Shown one piece after another: positions 10,085 through 19,956 of a stretch of DNA of 64,000 nt. The stretch comes from an uncultured Opitutaceae bacterium. GTDB taxonomy: Bacteria > Verrucomicrobiota > Verrucomicrobiia > Opitutales > Opitutaceae. A program made the translations under genes and the position numbers. The notes under the pieces were generated by a model, which saw only the letters and a list, made by a program, of their open reading frames with translations, was not told where the DNA came from and made no database searches. Numbering within the stretch: position 1 is the first letter of the stretch; the number at the start of each line of letters is the position of its first letter. The stretch lies in the NCBI GenBank assembly GCA_963974355.1, contig CAXBDS010000003.1, positions 8,299-72,298 of the forward strand, written 5' to 3'.

Positions 10085-10849
10085 TTGCGGGGAAAACGAG
10101 CGCGCAGAATGTTCGCGCCCATGTGGGCGGATCTGTTGCACGTTTTTCTGCTGGGACTCTTGGGAGCCGGGCATTGCGTGAGCATGTGTGGCGTGTTTGC
10201 CATCGGCGTCGCGGCGGGTGAGCGACGCGTAGGCCCGCTGTTCACGCGCCAGGTGGCGTATCAGGCGGGAAAGGCCACGTCGTATTTGTTCGTGGGAGCG
10301 TTGCTCCTCGCCGGTGGTCGTTGGTGGGACGCGCAGAACCCGGTCATGCGCTTCCAGACCACACTCGGCTGGGTGGTCGGGCTGGGCATGGTTGCCATGG
10401 GACTCGCGTATCTCACGGAGTGGCGCGGTCCGGCTTGGTGGACCCGCTGGTGGCAAGGCAGCGCAGCCTGCGGGGCGATGGCGAACCTGTGGCGATCACC
10501 GTCGCTGGGCCGCAGCGTCTTGGCGGGATGGATCAACGGATTTCTCCCCTGCGGCCTTTCCCTGATGGCGTTGTTGTATCTGGTCGGCACGAATTCCGCC
10601 GAGACTCTTGTGCTCGGTGCCTATGTCTTCGGACTGGGCACGATGCCGGCACTCGCGGCCGTGGCGTGGGCGGGACAGCGCTGGAGCGCCTCCCGTCGCC
10701 GTCGGCTGGTTCGGTGGAGCGGGGCGCTGCTGATCGCGATGGGGATTTTCACCATCGTGCGCGGCAACCCTGCGGTGCACCACTGGATGCACGACCATTT
10801 GATGCTGCCGACGGCCAACGATGGCGGTCACAGGCACGCCGGTTCCTAA
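10085..10849 (+). CDS. Sulfite exporter TauE/SafE (DsbD_2) family membrane protein
   Basis: GHCVSMCG, YQAGKATSY, GWINGFLPCGL and FGLGTMPAL motifs; true start may be a downstream ATG. Confidence 0.85.
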   Translation: MRGKRARRMFAPMWADLLHVFLLGLLGAGHCVSMCGVFAIGVAAGERRVGPLFTRQVAYQAGKATSYLFVGALLLAGGRWWDAQNPVMRFQTTLGWVVGLGMVAMGLAYLTEWRGPAWWTRWWQGSAACGAMANLWRSPSLGRSVLAGWINGFLPCGLSLMALLYLVGTNSAETLVLGAYVFGLGTMPALAAVAWAGQRWSASRRRRLVRWSGALLIAMGIFTIVRGNPAVHHWMHDHLMLPTANDGGHRHAGS

Positions 10850-10894
10850 TCGAGCCTTGCGCGCACGGGGCCGGAGTCGCAAAAAACGCGTTCC

Positions 10895-12442
10895 ATGGAA
10901 AAACTGGCCCTCCTTTCCGTCAGCGACAAACAAGGCTTGGCGGCCTTCGCCAAATCTCTCGTCGAGGTGCACGGCTTTCGCCTGCTCTCCACCGGTGGCA
11001 CCGCCAAACTGCTCGCCGGCGCGGGCCTACCCGTTACGGAGGTGAGCGAGCACACGGGCTTTCCGGAGATCATGGAAGGCCGTGTAAAGACGCTGCACCC
11101 GAAAATTCACGGTGGTCTGCTTTGTCGTCGGGACAGCGTCGAACACCGGGCGGCAGCCGAAGCGAACGCGATTCCGATGATCGATTTGGTCGTGGTTAAT
11201 CTGTATCCGTTTGAAGCGACGGTTGCGAAGCCGGACGTCGCGTTCGAAGACGCCATCGAGAACATCGACATCGGCGGACCGTCGATGCTGCGCAGCGCGG
11301 CTAAAAACCACGAAAGCGTCACCGTCGTCTGCGATCCCACCGACTACGACGCCGTGCTTGAAGCCATGGCCGCGCCCGAAAAGCTGGACACCCTGCGCCG
11401 CAAGCTCGCGTTGAAGGTTTTCCAGCGCACCGCCGCTTACGACGCGGCGATCTCCGCGTATCTGGAGAAACAGGCCGACGAACCCGACATGGCGTCACTG
11501 AGCGGCTTCCCGGAAAAACTCACGTTGAGCTACGGTAAAGCCCAGACTTTGCGCTACGGCGAAAACCCTCACCAGAAAGCCGCGCTCTACGGCACCTTCC
11601 ATGAGCACTACACGCAGCTGCAGGGCAAGGAGCTCAGCTATAACAACATCTTGGACATCACGGCCGCGACTTACCTGATCGGCGAGTTTGAGCGTCCGAC
11701 GGTCGCGATTTTGAAGCACACCAATCCCTGCGGCGTCGCCAGCGCCGACGACTTGGTCACGGCGTGGGATCAGGCCTTCGCCACGGACCGGCAGGCCCCG
11801 TTTGGTGGTATCATCATCGTCAACCAGACGGTGGGCGCCGACTTGGCCGACAAGATCAAAGACATCTTTACCGAGGTGATCATCGCCCCTCGCTTCAGCG
11901 ACGAAGCCCTCGCCATTTTCGCCAAGAAAAAGAACCTGCGCCTGATGATCGCCAAAGCCGGCATCGGGGCGGACTCGTTGCAAGAAGTCCGCTCTGTCAT
12001 CGGCGGCGTGCTCTGGCAGGACCGCGACAAGACCCTCGGTAATCCGGCCACCTTCCAGGTCGTCACGAAGCGTCAACCGACCAAGGAAGAATGGGACAGC
12101 ATGCTGTTCGGCTGGAAGATCGGCAAACACGTGAAATCCAATTCCATCGTCTACTGTGACGGCGAGCGCACCCTTGGCGTCGGGGCTGGCCAAATGGCCC
12201 GCGTCGATAGCTCGCGCATTGCGGTCTGGAAAGCGGGGGAGGCGGGCTTGAGCCTCAAGGGTTCGATCGTAGCGAGCGAAGCGCTGTTCCCGTTTGCCGA
12301 CGGCCTCATCGCCGCCGCCGACGCCGGCGCGACCTGCGCCATCCAGCCGGGGGGTTCGGTGCGCGACGCCGAGGTGATCGCCGCCGCCGATGAACGGGGC
12401 ATGGCGATGGTGTTCACCGGCATCCGGCATTTTAAGCACTAA
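10895..12442 (+). CDS. purH: Bifunctional AICAR transformylase/IMP cyclohydrolase
   Basis: [41 protein letters not shown] and KHVKSN motifs. Confidence 0.97.
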   Translation: MEKLALLSVSDKQGLAAFAKSLVEVHGFRLLSTGGTAKLLAGAGLPVTEVSEHTGFPEIMEGRVKTLHPKIHGGLLCRRDSVEHRAAAEANAIPMIDLVVVNLYPFEATVAKPDVAFEDAIENIDIGGPSMLRSAAKNHESVTVVCDPTDYDAVLEAMAAPEKLDTLRRKLALKVFQRTAAYDAAISAYLEKQADEPDMASLSGFPEKLTLSYGKAQTLRYGENPHQKAALYGTFHEHYTQLQGKELSYNNILDITAATYLIGEFERPTVAILKHTNPCGVASADDLVTAWDQAFATDRQAPFGGIIIVNQTVGADLADKIKDIFTEVIIAPRFSDEALAIFAKKKNLRLMIAKAGIGADSLQEVRSVIGGVLWQDRDKTLGNPATFQVVTKRQPTKEEWDSMLFGWKIGKHVKSNSIVYCDGERTLGVGAGQMARVDSSRIAVWKAGEAGLSLKGSIVASEALFPFADGLIAAADAGATCAIQPGGSVRDAEVIAAADERGMAMVFTGIRHFKH

Positions 12443-12494
12443 GCCGCGAACCGGCGGTTGCCGCCGCGGTCGATCCCTCCCTATGGTTTCCGGC

Positions 12495-13280
12495 ATGAAG
12501 CATTTACGGCTGATTCTTGCAGTCTTGGTTTTGGGATGGATGAGCGGCTGCACGACGGTCCCCGAGTCGGGCCGGCGGCAACTCATCATCATCACGCCCG
12601 CGCAGGAAGTGCAGGAGGGTTTGGCTGCGTTCGCGCAGATCAAACAGGAGGAAAAGATCTCCACCGATGCCGCCATGAACGCGCAAGTAAAGCGCATCGG
12701 CGCCCGCATCGCTGACTCCGTGGGCCGCGAGATCCCCGATGCCCAATGGGAGTTCGTCGTGTTCGAGTCGGATCAGATTAATGCTTTTGCGCTGCCGGGC
12801 GGCAAGGTTGGGGTCTACACGGGCCTCATCAAGCTCGTCGACAACGACGACCAACTGGCCGTGGTGATGGGCCACGAAATCGCGCACGTCACCTCGCGGC
12901 ACGGGGCGGAGCGCATGTCACAAGCCCAGCTGGCGGGTCTTGGCGGCGTGGCCGTAGCGGTGGCCAGCGACGACAGTGAAAACAAGCAACTCTATCAACT
13001 GGGTTACACTGCCTTGGCCACCCTCGGTACGCTCGGTTATTCCCGATTGCAGGAATCGGAGGCCGATGCGATCGGTCTGCGTTTCGCCGCCGGCGCGGGT
13101 TACGATCCACGCCAAGCCGCCCTGTTCTGGGAAAAGATGAAGAAAGCGAGCGATGGCCAGTCGAAGCCTCCCGTGCTGCTTTCGACCCACCCGTCGGATG
13201 ACTCACGTATCGCCAATTTGCGCGCGCTCGCCCCGCAGTATATGGCGCTCTACGAAGCCTCGAAGGCACGCTACCAATAG
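12495..13280 (+). CDS. M48 family zinc metalloprotease, lipoprotein
   Basis: Lipobox WMSGC after an ATG at 12495; INAFALPGG, HEIAH, ESEAD and STHPS motifs. Confidence 0.9.
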   Translation: MKHLRLILAVLVLGWMSGCTTVPESGRRQLIIITPAQEVQEGLAAFAQIKQEEKISTDAAMNAQVKRIGARIADSVGREIPDAQWEFVVFESDQINAFALPGGKVGVYTGLIKLVDNDDQLAVVMGHEIAHVTSRHGAERMSQAQLAGLGGVAVAVASDDSENKQLYQLGYTALATLGTLGYSRLQESEADAIGLRFAAGAGYDPRQAALFWEKMKKASDGQSKPPVLLSTHPSDDSRIANLRALAPQYMALYEASKARYQ

Positions 13281-13338
13281 TCCGCTCGCGACGGGTTTCC
13301 GCTAGCCGCAGGCGGTCCGATGCGCCACGTTCACGGGC

Positions 13339-14724
13339 ATGTTTGATCCCGTTGAAAAACTGAAAGCCTTCGTTCGCCACGCCAGCGTTTCCACTGAACC
13401 CACCGCGAGAGAAGGGATGCACGGCGCCCGGGAATTCCTCGCCGGCCTGTTGACCGAAATCGGGCTGGCCGTTGAGATCGTCCCAACCCCGTTGCACCCC
13501 ATCGTGTTGGCCCGGCGCGATGGCCCGGCGGAATGGCCGCATGTCATCATCTACGGCCATTACGACGTGCAACCGGCCGATCCGTTAAACCTGTGGACGT
13601 CGCCCGCCTTCGAGCCGGAAGTGCGCGAAGGTCGGATCTATGGCCGCGGCACGGCGGACAACAAGGGCCCGCTCATGGTCCATGTGACGGCCGTGGGTCG
13701 TTTGCTTGAGACAAATCCCGATCTGCCGCTGCGCATCACGTTCATGGTTGAAGGTGAAGAGGAGATGGGCAGCCCGAGCTTCCCCGGCTTTCTCGAACGC
13801 TACGCCCGCGAGCTTCGCCAGGCGGACATGGTTTACTTGTCCGACACAGGCAGTCCGACGGCCGATCAAATTGTGATCACCTGCGGTCTGCGCGGGCTCG
13901 TGCTGTGCGACGTTGAGGTGACCGGCCCCAAGTCCGACCTGCACTCCGGTCTGCACGGCGGCGTATTGCGCAACCCGATACAAGCGATCAGCGAACTCTG
14001 TGCCTCGCTGCACACCGCAGATGGTCGCGTCAACATTCCCGGATTTTACGATGACGTGCTCGATGTGGAGCCGTGGGAACGGGAGCAGCTCAAAGGCCTT
14101 GGCGGCGACACCGAAGCCTACCGCACGTTTCTCGGCGTCAAAGCCTTTCACACTCCGCCCGGTTTCAACGCGTTCGAAGCCACCCGATTTTATCCAACGC
14201 TGGAATTTAACGGCATCGGTGGTGGCTACCAGGGCGAGGGGAGCAAAACAGTGATTCCGAGCCGGGCCTTCGTGAAAATCAGCTGCCGCCTCGTGGCCAA
14301 CCAGAACCCCGACAACATCCGCGAATTGCTCTATGCCGCGATTCGCGAGCGAATGCCACAGGACGTGAATTTCCGCATCATCGATGGACATGAAGGCACG
14401 CCTTACATCGTCGTGCCGCCGGATCGGCCCAACACGCCGCCTGACCAGTCACCGGTGCTCGCCAATGCTTTTCGTGCCACTGATCAGGCCATCGCCAAGG
14501 TATTTGGCAAAGCCCCGCTCTATCTCCGCGAAGGCGGAAGTGTGCCGATCATCGCTGACATCAAACGCGTGCTGGGTCTCGACTCCGTGATGATGGGGCT
14601 CTTCTTGCCGCAGGATAATCTACACGCGCCCAACGAAAGTTTCGATCTCAGCGTCATGCAAAAAGGCATCGAAGCTTCCGGCAGGGTCTTACAGGGCATC
14701 GCCGACCGGGGACGTCAGGCGTAA
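13339..14724 (+). CDS. M20 family dipeptidase/amidohydrolase
   Basis: YGHYDVQP, GRGTADNKG, EGEEE, SD, DLHSG, GGSVP and HAPNE motifs. Confidence 0.92.
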   Translation: MFDPVEKLKAFVRHASVSTEPTAREGMHGAREFLAGLLTEIGLAVEIVPTPLHPIVLARRDGPAEWPHVIIYGHYDVQPADPLNLWTSPAFEPEVREGRIYGRGTADNKGPLMVHVTAVGRLLETNPDLPLRITFMVEGEEEMGSPSFPGFLERYARELRQADMVYLSDTGSPTADQIVITCGLRGLVLCDVEVTGPKSDLHSGLHGGVLRNPIQAISELCASLHTADGRVNIPGFYDDVLDVEPWEREQLKGLGGDTEAYRTFLGVKAFHTPPGFNAFEATRFYPTLEFNGIGGGYQGEGSKTVIPSRAFVKISCRLVANQNPDNIRELLYAAIRERMPQDVNFRIIDGHEGTPYIVVPPDRPNTPPDQSPVLANAFRATDQAIAKVFGKAPLYLREGGSVPIIADIKRVLGLDSVMMGLFLPQDNLHAPNESFDLSVMQKGIEASGRVLQGIADRGRQA

Positions 14725-14782
14725 CCGGATACGTGGCGGGTTCGGGGGGCGCGTGTGAGTCGCCCCCAGTCGCCCGAACACG

Positions 14783-14815
14783 AAAAAGGCCGGTCGCGAT
14801 TAACGTGACCGGCCT
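14783..14815 (-). terminator. Intrinsic terminator downstream of the Pal/OmpA gene
   Basis: Inverted repeat AGGCCGGTCGCG / CGTGACCGGCCT around a 5-nt loop, flanked by AAAAA (a U-tract on the minus strand), between convergent genes. Confidence 0.75.
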
Positions 14816-14840
14816 CTCGAAAAGAGAACGGGAGTCGGGC

Positions 14841-15410
14841 CTACTTCTTGAGAATCACGAGGTCCACCTTACGATCCAAAGCCATTTGGCTCTCGTTGGC
14901 GTTTTCGATGGCTTCAAGGTCACCCTTCGAAGAGGTCTCCGCGCGAGTCGCAGCAAGGCCGAGGGTCAGGATATACTGCTTGGCGGCGCCGGCGCGGCGT
15001 TCACCGAGACCAAGATTATACTCGGAAGTGCCTTTCCAGTCGCAGTGGCCCTCCAGCAAGAGGCGGTGCTGCGGGTTCTGCTGCAGGTATTCGAAGGCGG
15101 CGGCCAACTTGGCGCGCTCCGAAGCCTTGATCGAGGATTTGTCGAAATCGAAGTAAACCGGCTTGAGCAGACCGCGAATGGTGAATTCGTCTTCGAGCAC
15201 GCCATCGCGCATCTGGAGACCACTGGCGGACGGGTCGAGCAATGAAGGATCAAGCGTATTGATGCTGGACGGATTCAGGCCAGCACTGTTGCCCGCGCCC
15301 ATGCCCATGGTCGCGCTCGGGTCCGGCCGTTTCGGCTTTTTAGTGCACCCTGAAAAAACCAGGGTGGCAGCGAGAAATAGCAGAGAGGATTTCTTGGAAA
15401 AAGCGTTCAT
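14841..15410 (-). CDS. pal: Pal/OmpA-family peptidoglycan-associated lipoprotein
   Basis: Lipobox VFSGC; VYFDFDKSSI and LEGHCDWKGTSEYNLGLGERRA OmpA-C motifs. Confidence 0.85.
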   Translation of the reverse strand: MNAFSKKSSLLFLAATLVFSGCTKKPKRPDPSATMGMGAGNSAGLNPSSINTLDPSLLDPSASGLQMRDGVLEDEFTIRGLLKPVYFDFDKSSIKASERAKLAAAFEYLQQNPQHRLLLEGHCDWKGTSEYNLGLGERRAGAAKQYILTLGLAATRAETSSKGDLEAIENANESQMALDRKVDLVILKK

Positions 15411-15482
15411 GGGTCGGCGCGTAGGCAGTGATTTGACCTTATCAGGTAATGGTTTTGGGTCGGCAAGTTATTTAACGACCAC

Positions 15483-16355
15483 GTGACGACCCACAAGGAC
15501 CAACCCAGCTGTTTTTTGTTCGACAACGGTTCACTCCGTGCCGCCTCAACCTTGGGCTTACGCCGGTTGGCAACGGCGCTCGAAGCCGAGCTTCAGCACG
15601 ACGTTTACGCAGTCTCGCTGCTACATTCATCCGGTGTCGCCGCCGCTGATTTAAACGGGACGTCGGCCAGACTGCTTGAACCCGCTCTGATAGAATTTTT
15701 CGAAAGAGGCGGACAATTGGCCGTGCTGTTACCACTTTTTTTCGGTCCGAGCGCCGCGTTGACCGACTATGTGCCGGACCGTGTGACGGCACTGCGACGG
15801 CGCTTCCCGGATCGAAAGATCCAGCTGGCCGCGCCTCTCATAAACATTTCGAACCGACTCGATCAACGTATCGCTCAACTGCTGGCCGAAGCAGTCATCG
15901 CCACCTGTCGCGCCAAGCATCTCGCCCAACCTGCGGTGGTGCTTACCGATCACGGCACGCCGCAGCCCGCCGTCACGGAGGTGCGCAACCACCTTGCTCG
16001 CCAGCTACGCGAACTGCTCGCGGCCGACGGGATTGATCGCGTCGGCGTGGCCTCCATGGAACGACGCGCCGGCGACGCTTACGCGTTTAACGAGCCGCTG
16101 CTCGACCGCGCGCTGCGAACCGCTCCCTTTAACACCGGCGACGTCGTGATCGCCCTGCAATTCCTTCAGCCCGGGCGCCACGCTGGTCCCCAAGGCGATA
16201 TTGCCCGAATCTGCGAGGCCGCCGAAGCCGGGCAACCCACGCTGCGCACGTTTATGACCAGCCCGATCGGAATTCCGGATCCCCGGCTGCTCAGCCTGCT
16301 CCGGGACCGCTGGAACGAGGCCCTTACAACGATGTCGGATTCCGTGGCTCAATGA
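15483..16355 (+). CDS. CbiX/SirB-like chelatase family protein
   Basis: Duplicated chelatase-type architecture: DNGS...LPLFFGPS in the first half, DHGTP...FLQPGRHAG in the second. Confidence 0.7.
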   Translation: MTTHKDQPSCFLFDNGSLRAASTLGLRRLATALEAELQHDVYAVSLLHSSGVAAADLNGTSARLLEPALIEFFERGGQLAVLLPLFFGPSAALTDYVPDRVTALRRRFPDRKIQLAAPLINISNRLDQRIAQLLAEAVIATCRAKHLAQPAVVLTDHGTPQPAVTEVRNHLARQLRELLAADGIDRVGVASMERRAGDAYAFNEPLLDRALRTAPFNTGDVVIALQFLQPGRHAGPQGDIARICEAAEAGQPTLRTFMTSPIGIPDPRLLSLLRDRWNEALTTMSDSVAQ

Positions 16356-16977
16356 GCCCGATATCCAATGCGTAGCGGGTCAAGCTGGCGACATCATGCA
16401 GGTTTAGCTTCCGCATGAGATTCGTGCGGTGATTATCGACCGTTTTGACGCTGATGCCCAACTTGCCGGCAATCTCCTTGGTGCTATGGCTCTCCGCCAC
16501 CAATTGGAGGATTTCGCGCTCCCTATCCGTGAGAAAATCAGTCGTGTTGCTGGCTGCAGGGTTGGCCACCACATTGCGCAGAAGACCCGCCACGGCCGGC
16601 CCGAAATACGTGCCGCCCCGGGCGACCGTCTCGAGCCCTTTCTTAAATTCAAACAGACCGGCCGTCTTTTCGACAAAACCATGGGCCCCGGCTTCGAGCA
16701 TCTCGCGCACCAGCACAGGATTTTCGTGCCCCGAAAAGACCAGCACTCGCAGGCGAGGGAACTGTTTGTTGAGCCGACGGAGCACGTCCACGCCATTCAG
16801 GCCCGGAAGTTTGGCATCCAGCACGATCACGTCGGGTTTGGCCTCCATGCACGTCGCAAACGCGCTCTGTCCGTCGCCGCATTCACCGACCAACTCATAA
16901 TTGGGGTCTGTGCGGAGAATTTCCACGAGCATTTCGCGGATCGCGGTTTGATCCTCGATGATTACCAGTCGATTCAT
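16324..16977 (-). CDS. NarL/LuxR-family response regulator
   Basis: REC (IIED, VLDAKLP) plus LuxR HTH (LTDREREIL...[24 protein letters not shown]); 32-bp convergent overlap with the CbiX-like gene. Confidence 0.93.
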   Translation of the reverse strand: MNRLVIIEDQTAIREMLVEILRTDPNYELVGECGDGQSAFATCMEAKPDVIVLDAKLPGLNGVDVLRRLNKQFPRLRVLVFSGHENPVLVREMLEAGAHGFVEKTAGLFEFKKGLETVARGGTYFGPAVAGLLRNVVANPAASNTTDFLTDREREILQLVAESHSTKEIAGKLGISVKTVDNHRTNLMRKLNLHDVASLTRYALDIGLIEPRNPTSL

Positions 16978-17056
16978 GTAGTGGATTGATCGTGCCGAAG
17001 GCCGTGGAACTTAAGGAACATAAGAGTGGTGACGAAAGAAGGTCGGTAAAAAACGC

Positions 17057-17590
17057 ATGATTCGAGCGCAGAAAATTTCCATCGGGATTTTACGTTCTCT
17101 TTACAGACGAAAGCACGTCGGCGTCGGCCTCGGCACAGGGATCGTTTTCTTGTTTCTGGCGGCCTGCGAAACGCCGACGACTGCGCCTAACGGGCGGACC
17201 TCGGCGGCCGTGGGGCCGATGCCGAGTTCCGACGTTAATCGGCTGCAGGCGTGGCGGGATGCCGAGACCGTTGCCCGCGCGCGAGAGGGAGGTTCGCCGG
17301 CGGTCGGGCAGGGGCAATCGATGGCTCCGCTCTACGGAGATAACACCATGCTGGTGATCACCAAGGTGGATTATCGGGACCTCGCTCCCGGCATGACGGT
17401 CGCCTACATAAAAGACAACGGTCGGCAGGTGGTGCACCGCTTGGTCGCGAAAGACAAAAACGGGAACTGGACGGCCCAGGGATTTAACAACGACTGGATC
17501 GATTCGACCCTCGTCACCCCGTGGAATTTAATCGGCGTGATCTACGCCTCTTTCGTCCATGATTTTCCCGAAGACGAGCCTACGCCCTGA
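17057..17590 (+). CDS. Putative lipoprotein with an S24/S26 (SipW/Sec11-like) peptidase domain
   Basis: FLAAC lipobox-like motif; QSMAP and VVHRLV motifs. Confidence 0.6.
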   Translation: MIRAQKISIGILRSLYRRKHVGVGLGTGIVFLFLAACETPTTAPNGRTSAAVGPMPSSDVNRLQAWRDAETVARAREGGSPAVGQGQSMAPLYGDNTMLVITKVDYRDLAPGMTVAYIKDNGRQVVHRLVAKDKNGNWTAQGFNNDWIDSTLVTPWNLIGVIYASFVHDFPEDEPTP

Positions 17591-17606
17591 AGCGGGAGAT
17601 CGGGAA

Positions 17607-17681
17607 TGGTGGGTTGACCGGGATTCGAACCCGGGACCAACGACTTAAAAGGACGCTGCTCTACCGTTGAGCTATCAACCC
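17607..17681 (-). tRNA. tRNA-Lys (anticodon TTT)
   Basis: Reverse complement GGGTTGA-TA-GCTC-AACGGTA-GAGC-A-GCGTC-CTTTTAA-GTCGT-TGGTC-CCGGG-TTCGAAT-CCCGG-TCAACCC-ACCA folds as a cloverleaf with encoded CCA. Confidence 0.96.
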
Positions 17682-17826
17682 CCGAAACGAAAGAGGGACG
17701 GTAATACGTTTCGCTCGGCGGGCGCCGCAAGTCCTTTTTTGAACGTGCAGCGGAGTTGCGACTCCAAGGAACGAAGTTAACCTCCACTTTCCGTTCAAAT
17801 GCGCCATGATTTCCTCCAAACCTGTG

Positions 17827-17851
17827 GGAACAATTCAACACTACTCCCGTC
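17827..17851 (+). promoter_or_regulatory. Candidate ECF-sigma autoregulatory promoter
   Basis: GGAAC (17827-17831), 16-nt spacer, CGTC (17848-17851), 17 nt upstream of the sigma ATG at 17869. Confidence 0.6.
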
Positions 17852-17868
17852 ATACGAGTATAGAACGT

Positions 17869-18471
17869 ATGTCGACTAAAGCTCAGGAAGTGGCCATGGA
17901 CCGCATGTTGATCGATCGCTTTAAGGGCGGCGATCAGGGCGCCTTTGAGGAGATGGTAGGACGTTATTGGGACCGCATTTATGCGATGGTTCATCAACTT
18001 TTGCGCAATCCCCAAGACGCCGAAGAAGTCACTCAGGATGCCTTCATTCGCGCGCACCGCGGACTGGAGAACTTCCGGGGCGATTCGGCCTTTTCGACGT
18101 GGCTTTACCAGATCGCGACCAATCTAGCGCGTAATCGTTACTGGTATTGGTGGCGGCGGAAGCGGGATAAGAGCATTTCGTTCGACCAACCCATCGGTGA
18201 CGACTCGACCACGACCTTGGCCGAAGTCTTCGTCGGCGATGTCGAAACGCCGGAAGATGCCGCTGTCACGCAAGAATTGATTGATCGCATCGCCGGAGGC
18301 ATGGAGAAATTAACGCCTAAGCACCGGGAAATTCTGATTTTAAGAAACGTGAAGAATCTGTCCTACGAAGAAATCGCTGAAATTTTGAAGATTTCCGTCG
18401 GCACCGTCAAAAGTCGGATCGCTCGCGCTCGCGAAAGCCTGCGCAGCAAACTGGGGGAGGATTTTTCGTGA
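17869..18471 (+). CDS. ECF RNA polymerase sigma-70 factor
   Basis: Region 2 DAEEVTQDAF...FRGDSAFSTWLYQIATN; region 4 LSYEEIAEILKISVGTVKSRIARAR. ATG 17869 preferred over the ORF-track start at 17806. Confidence 0.93.
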   Translation: MSTKAQEVAMDRMLIDRFKGGDQGAFEEMVGRYWDRIYAMVHQLLRNPQDAEEVTQDAFIRAHRGLENFRGDSAFSTWLYQIATNLARNRYWYWWRRKRDKSISFDQPIGDDSTTTLAEVFVGDVETPEDAAVTQELIDRIAGGMEKLTPKHREILILRNVKNLSYEEIAEILKISVGTVKSRIARARESLRSKLGEDFS

Positions 18472-19265
18472 GGCATACACGATTCATCGAGTTGCTTAAC
18501 CTCTACGTCGACCAAGAGATTACGGTCGATCAGGCGGGTGAGTTGGAGGCAGAGATCCTTCGTAACCCGAAGCGCCGTCACACTTACAACCAATACTGCA
18601 AGCTGCAGCGTGCCTGTGTGAGCTTGTTCGAGTCGGAAAACGCCCAAGCCCCGGTGCCTCATTTGGGGAAACTGATGCAGGCTGTCGAAGCCGTCGATGC
18701 CAAGGTCGAGGCCTTTCCGAACGAAAAATCCTTCTCCGATCCGCAATCCTCCCCGGTCTGGTGGCAGCGCATGGCGGTCGGCGGCGCAGTAGCGGCCTCG
18801 TTCGTATTGGTCGGCACCGTCGCTTGGCGCCAGCTTGGCCCCGCGCCAGCGAGTCCGAGCGCCTCAACCGCTTCCATGCCGGCTTACGTGGCCACAAAGC
18901 CAGTGGTTGCGTCGGCACCGTCTCCCACCAGTGGCGAAATGGTCCAATTGGCCACGCTCGAACGACGCCCGGCGCGCGAGGAGACCAGCGAAAGCGCCCG
19001 CTCGGCTCTTTATCTAAAGTCGTGGTTGCAATCCGCGGCCCTCTCCGAGGGGCGTAACGGGGAATACGCGAACAACGCGACCGCACCGGTTGATCTCGAA
19101 TGGACCCGCGGCGTCGAGCTGGCGCCGATCAATTCGGTAAAGCCTGAAGAACTGCGCTTTGAATCGCGCGCCGCGTTTGCCTCCCCGAGCGAGAGTAGGA
19201 CGTTCCGCGGGCGCGGGGCTCCGGCCGCAAATGTCGAGTTAAGCGCGTTTCAGTTCCAGCGTTAA
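18468..19265 (+). CDS. Putative membrane anti-sigma factor
   Basis: GTGA overlap with the sigma gene; N-terminal ELLNLYVDQEI anti-sigma-like domain, one TM helix, low-complexity C-terminal region. Confidence 0.7.
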   Translation: MRHTRFIELLNLYVDQEITVDQAGELEAEILRNPKRRHTYNQYCKLQRACVSLFESENAQAPVPHLGKLMQAVEAVDAKVEAFPNEKSFSDPQSSPVWWQRMAVGGAVAASFVLVGTVAWRQLGPAPASPSASTASMPAYVATKPVVASAPSPTSGEMVQLATLERRPAREETSESARSALYLKSWLQSAALSEGRNGEYANNATAPVDLEWTRGVELAPINSVKPEELRFESRAAFASPSESRTFRGRGAPAANVELSAFQFQR

Positions 19266-19327
19266 GGTGGCCTGGTGCGCCTTTGAGCGCCCTCGGTTCG
19301 CAGCAAAACGGGGAGGGGCGGAGCGCT

Positions 19328-19942
19328 TCAGCTCAGCGCCTTTTTTATGAGCTGTTCCGTCGTCGCGGTCGCGCCCAATGCCAACAGAGCTTGGCGCACG
19401 GATTTATCGGCATCAGCGGTCTTGTAGCCGAGAGCGGTAAGTGCCAGCACCGCGTCTTGCAGCCGATGGTCACCGCCCAAGGAAGACCCCGCCGTATTAG
19501 CAGAGGCACTTGACCCAATCGTCGATTCCGTGCCCACGGCGCCCACCTTCGACCGTAACTCCACCACCAAACGTTCCGCCGTTTTTTTTCCGATGCCGGG
19601 ACACTTGGAAAGCGTGGCCACGTCGCCCAAGCGAATGGCACTCTCCAGCAAGGGGAGCGACAGCCGGCTCATGATACTGATCGCTACTTTGGGACCGACG
19701 CCGCTGACATTCTCAATCAACAGGCGGAAGAAATCGCGTTCCTCGATCGAGGCGAAGCCATAAAGCGTCTGTGAATCTTCCCGATAGGCGACGTAAGTGT
19801 GAAGCTTTGCCATTTTGCCGGTCGCCGGCAATTTCTCGGCCGTCGTCACCGGCATATTCACCTCGTAACCCAGGCCGTTGAGTTCAAGCACCGCCCGGAG
19901 CGGGGTGGCGGAGGCGACCACGCCTTCAATCGAGGTAATCAT
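19328..19942 (-). CDS. ruvA: Holliday junction branch migration protein RuvA
   Basis: MITSIEG, GLGYEV, YREDSQTLYGF, VSGVGPK and PGIGKKTAERLVVEL motifs. Confidence 0.96.
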   Translation of the reverse strand: MITSIEGVVASATPLRAVLELNGLGYEVNMPVTTAEKLPATGKMAKLHTYVAYREDSQTLYGFASIEERDFFRLLIENVSGVGPKVAISIMSRLSLPLLESAIRLGDVATLSKCPGIGKKTAERLVVELRSKVGAVGTESTIGSSASANTAGSSLGGDHRLQDAVLALTALGYKTADADKSVRQALLALGATATTEQLIKKALS

Positions 19943-19956
19943 AAAACGGATACTGA

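Noticed and set aside
17607-17681. tRNA-Lys as an integration site for the accessory region
   Set aside because: No integrase, no duplicated tRNA 3' end seen, and core genes continue on both sides.
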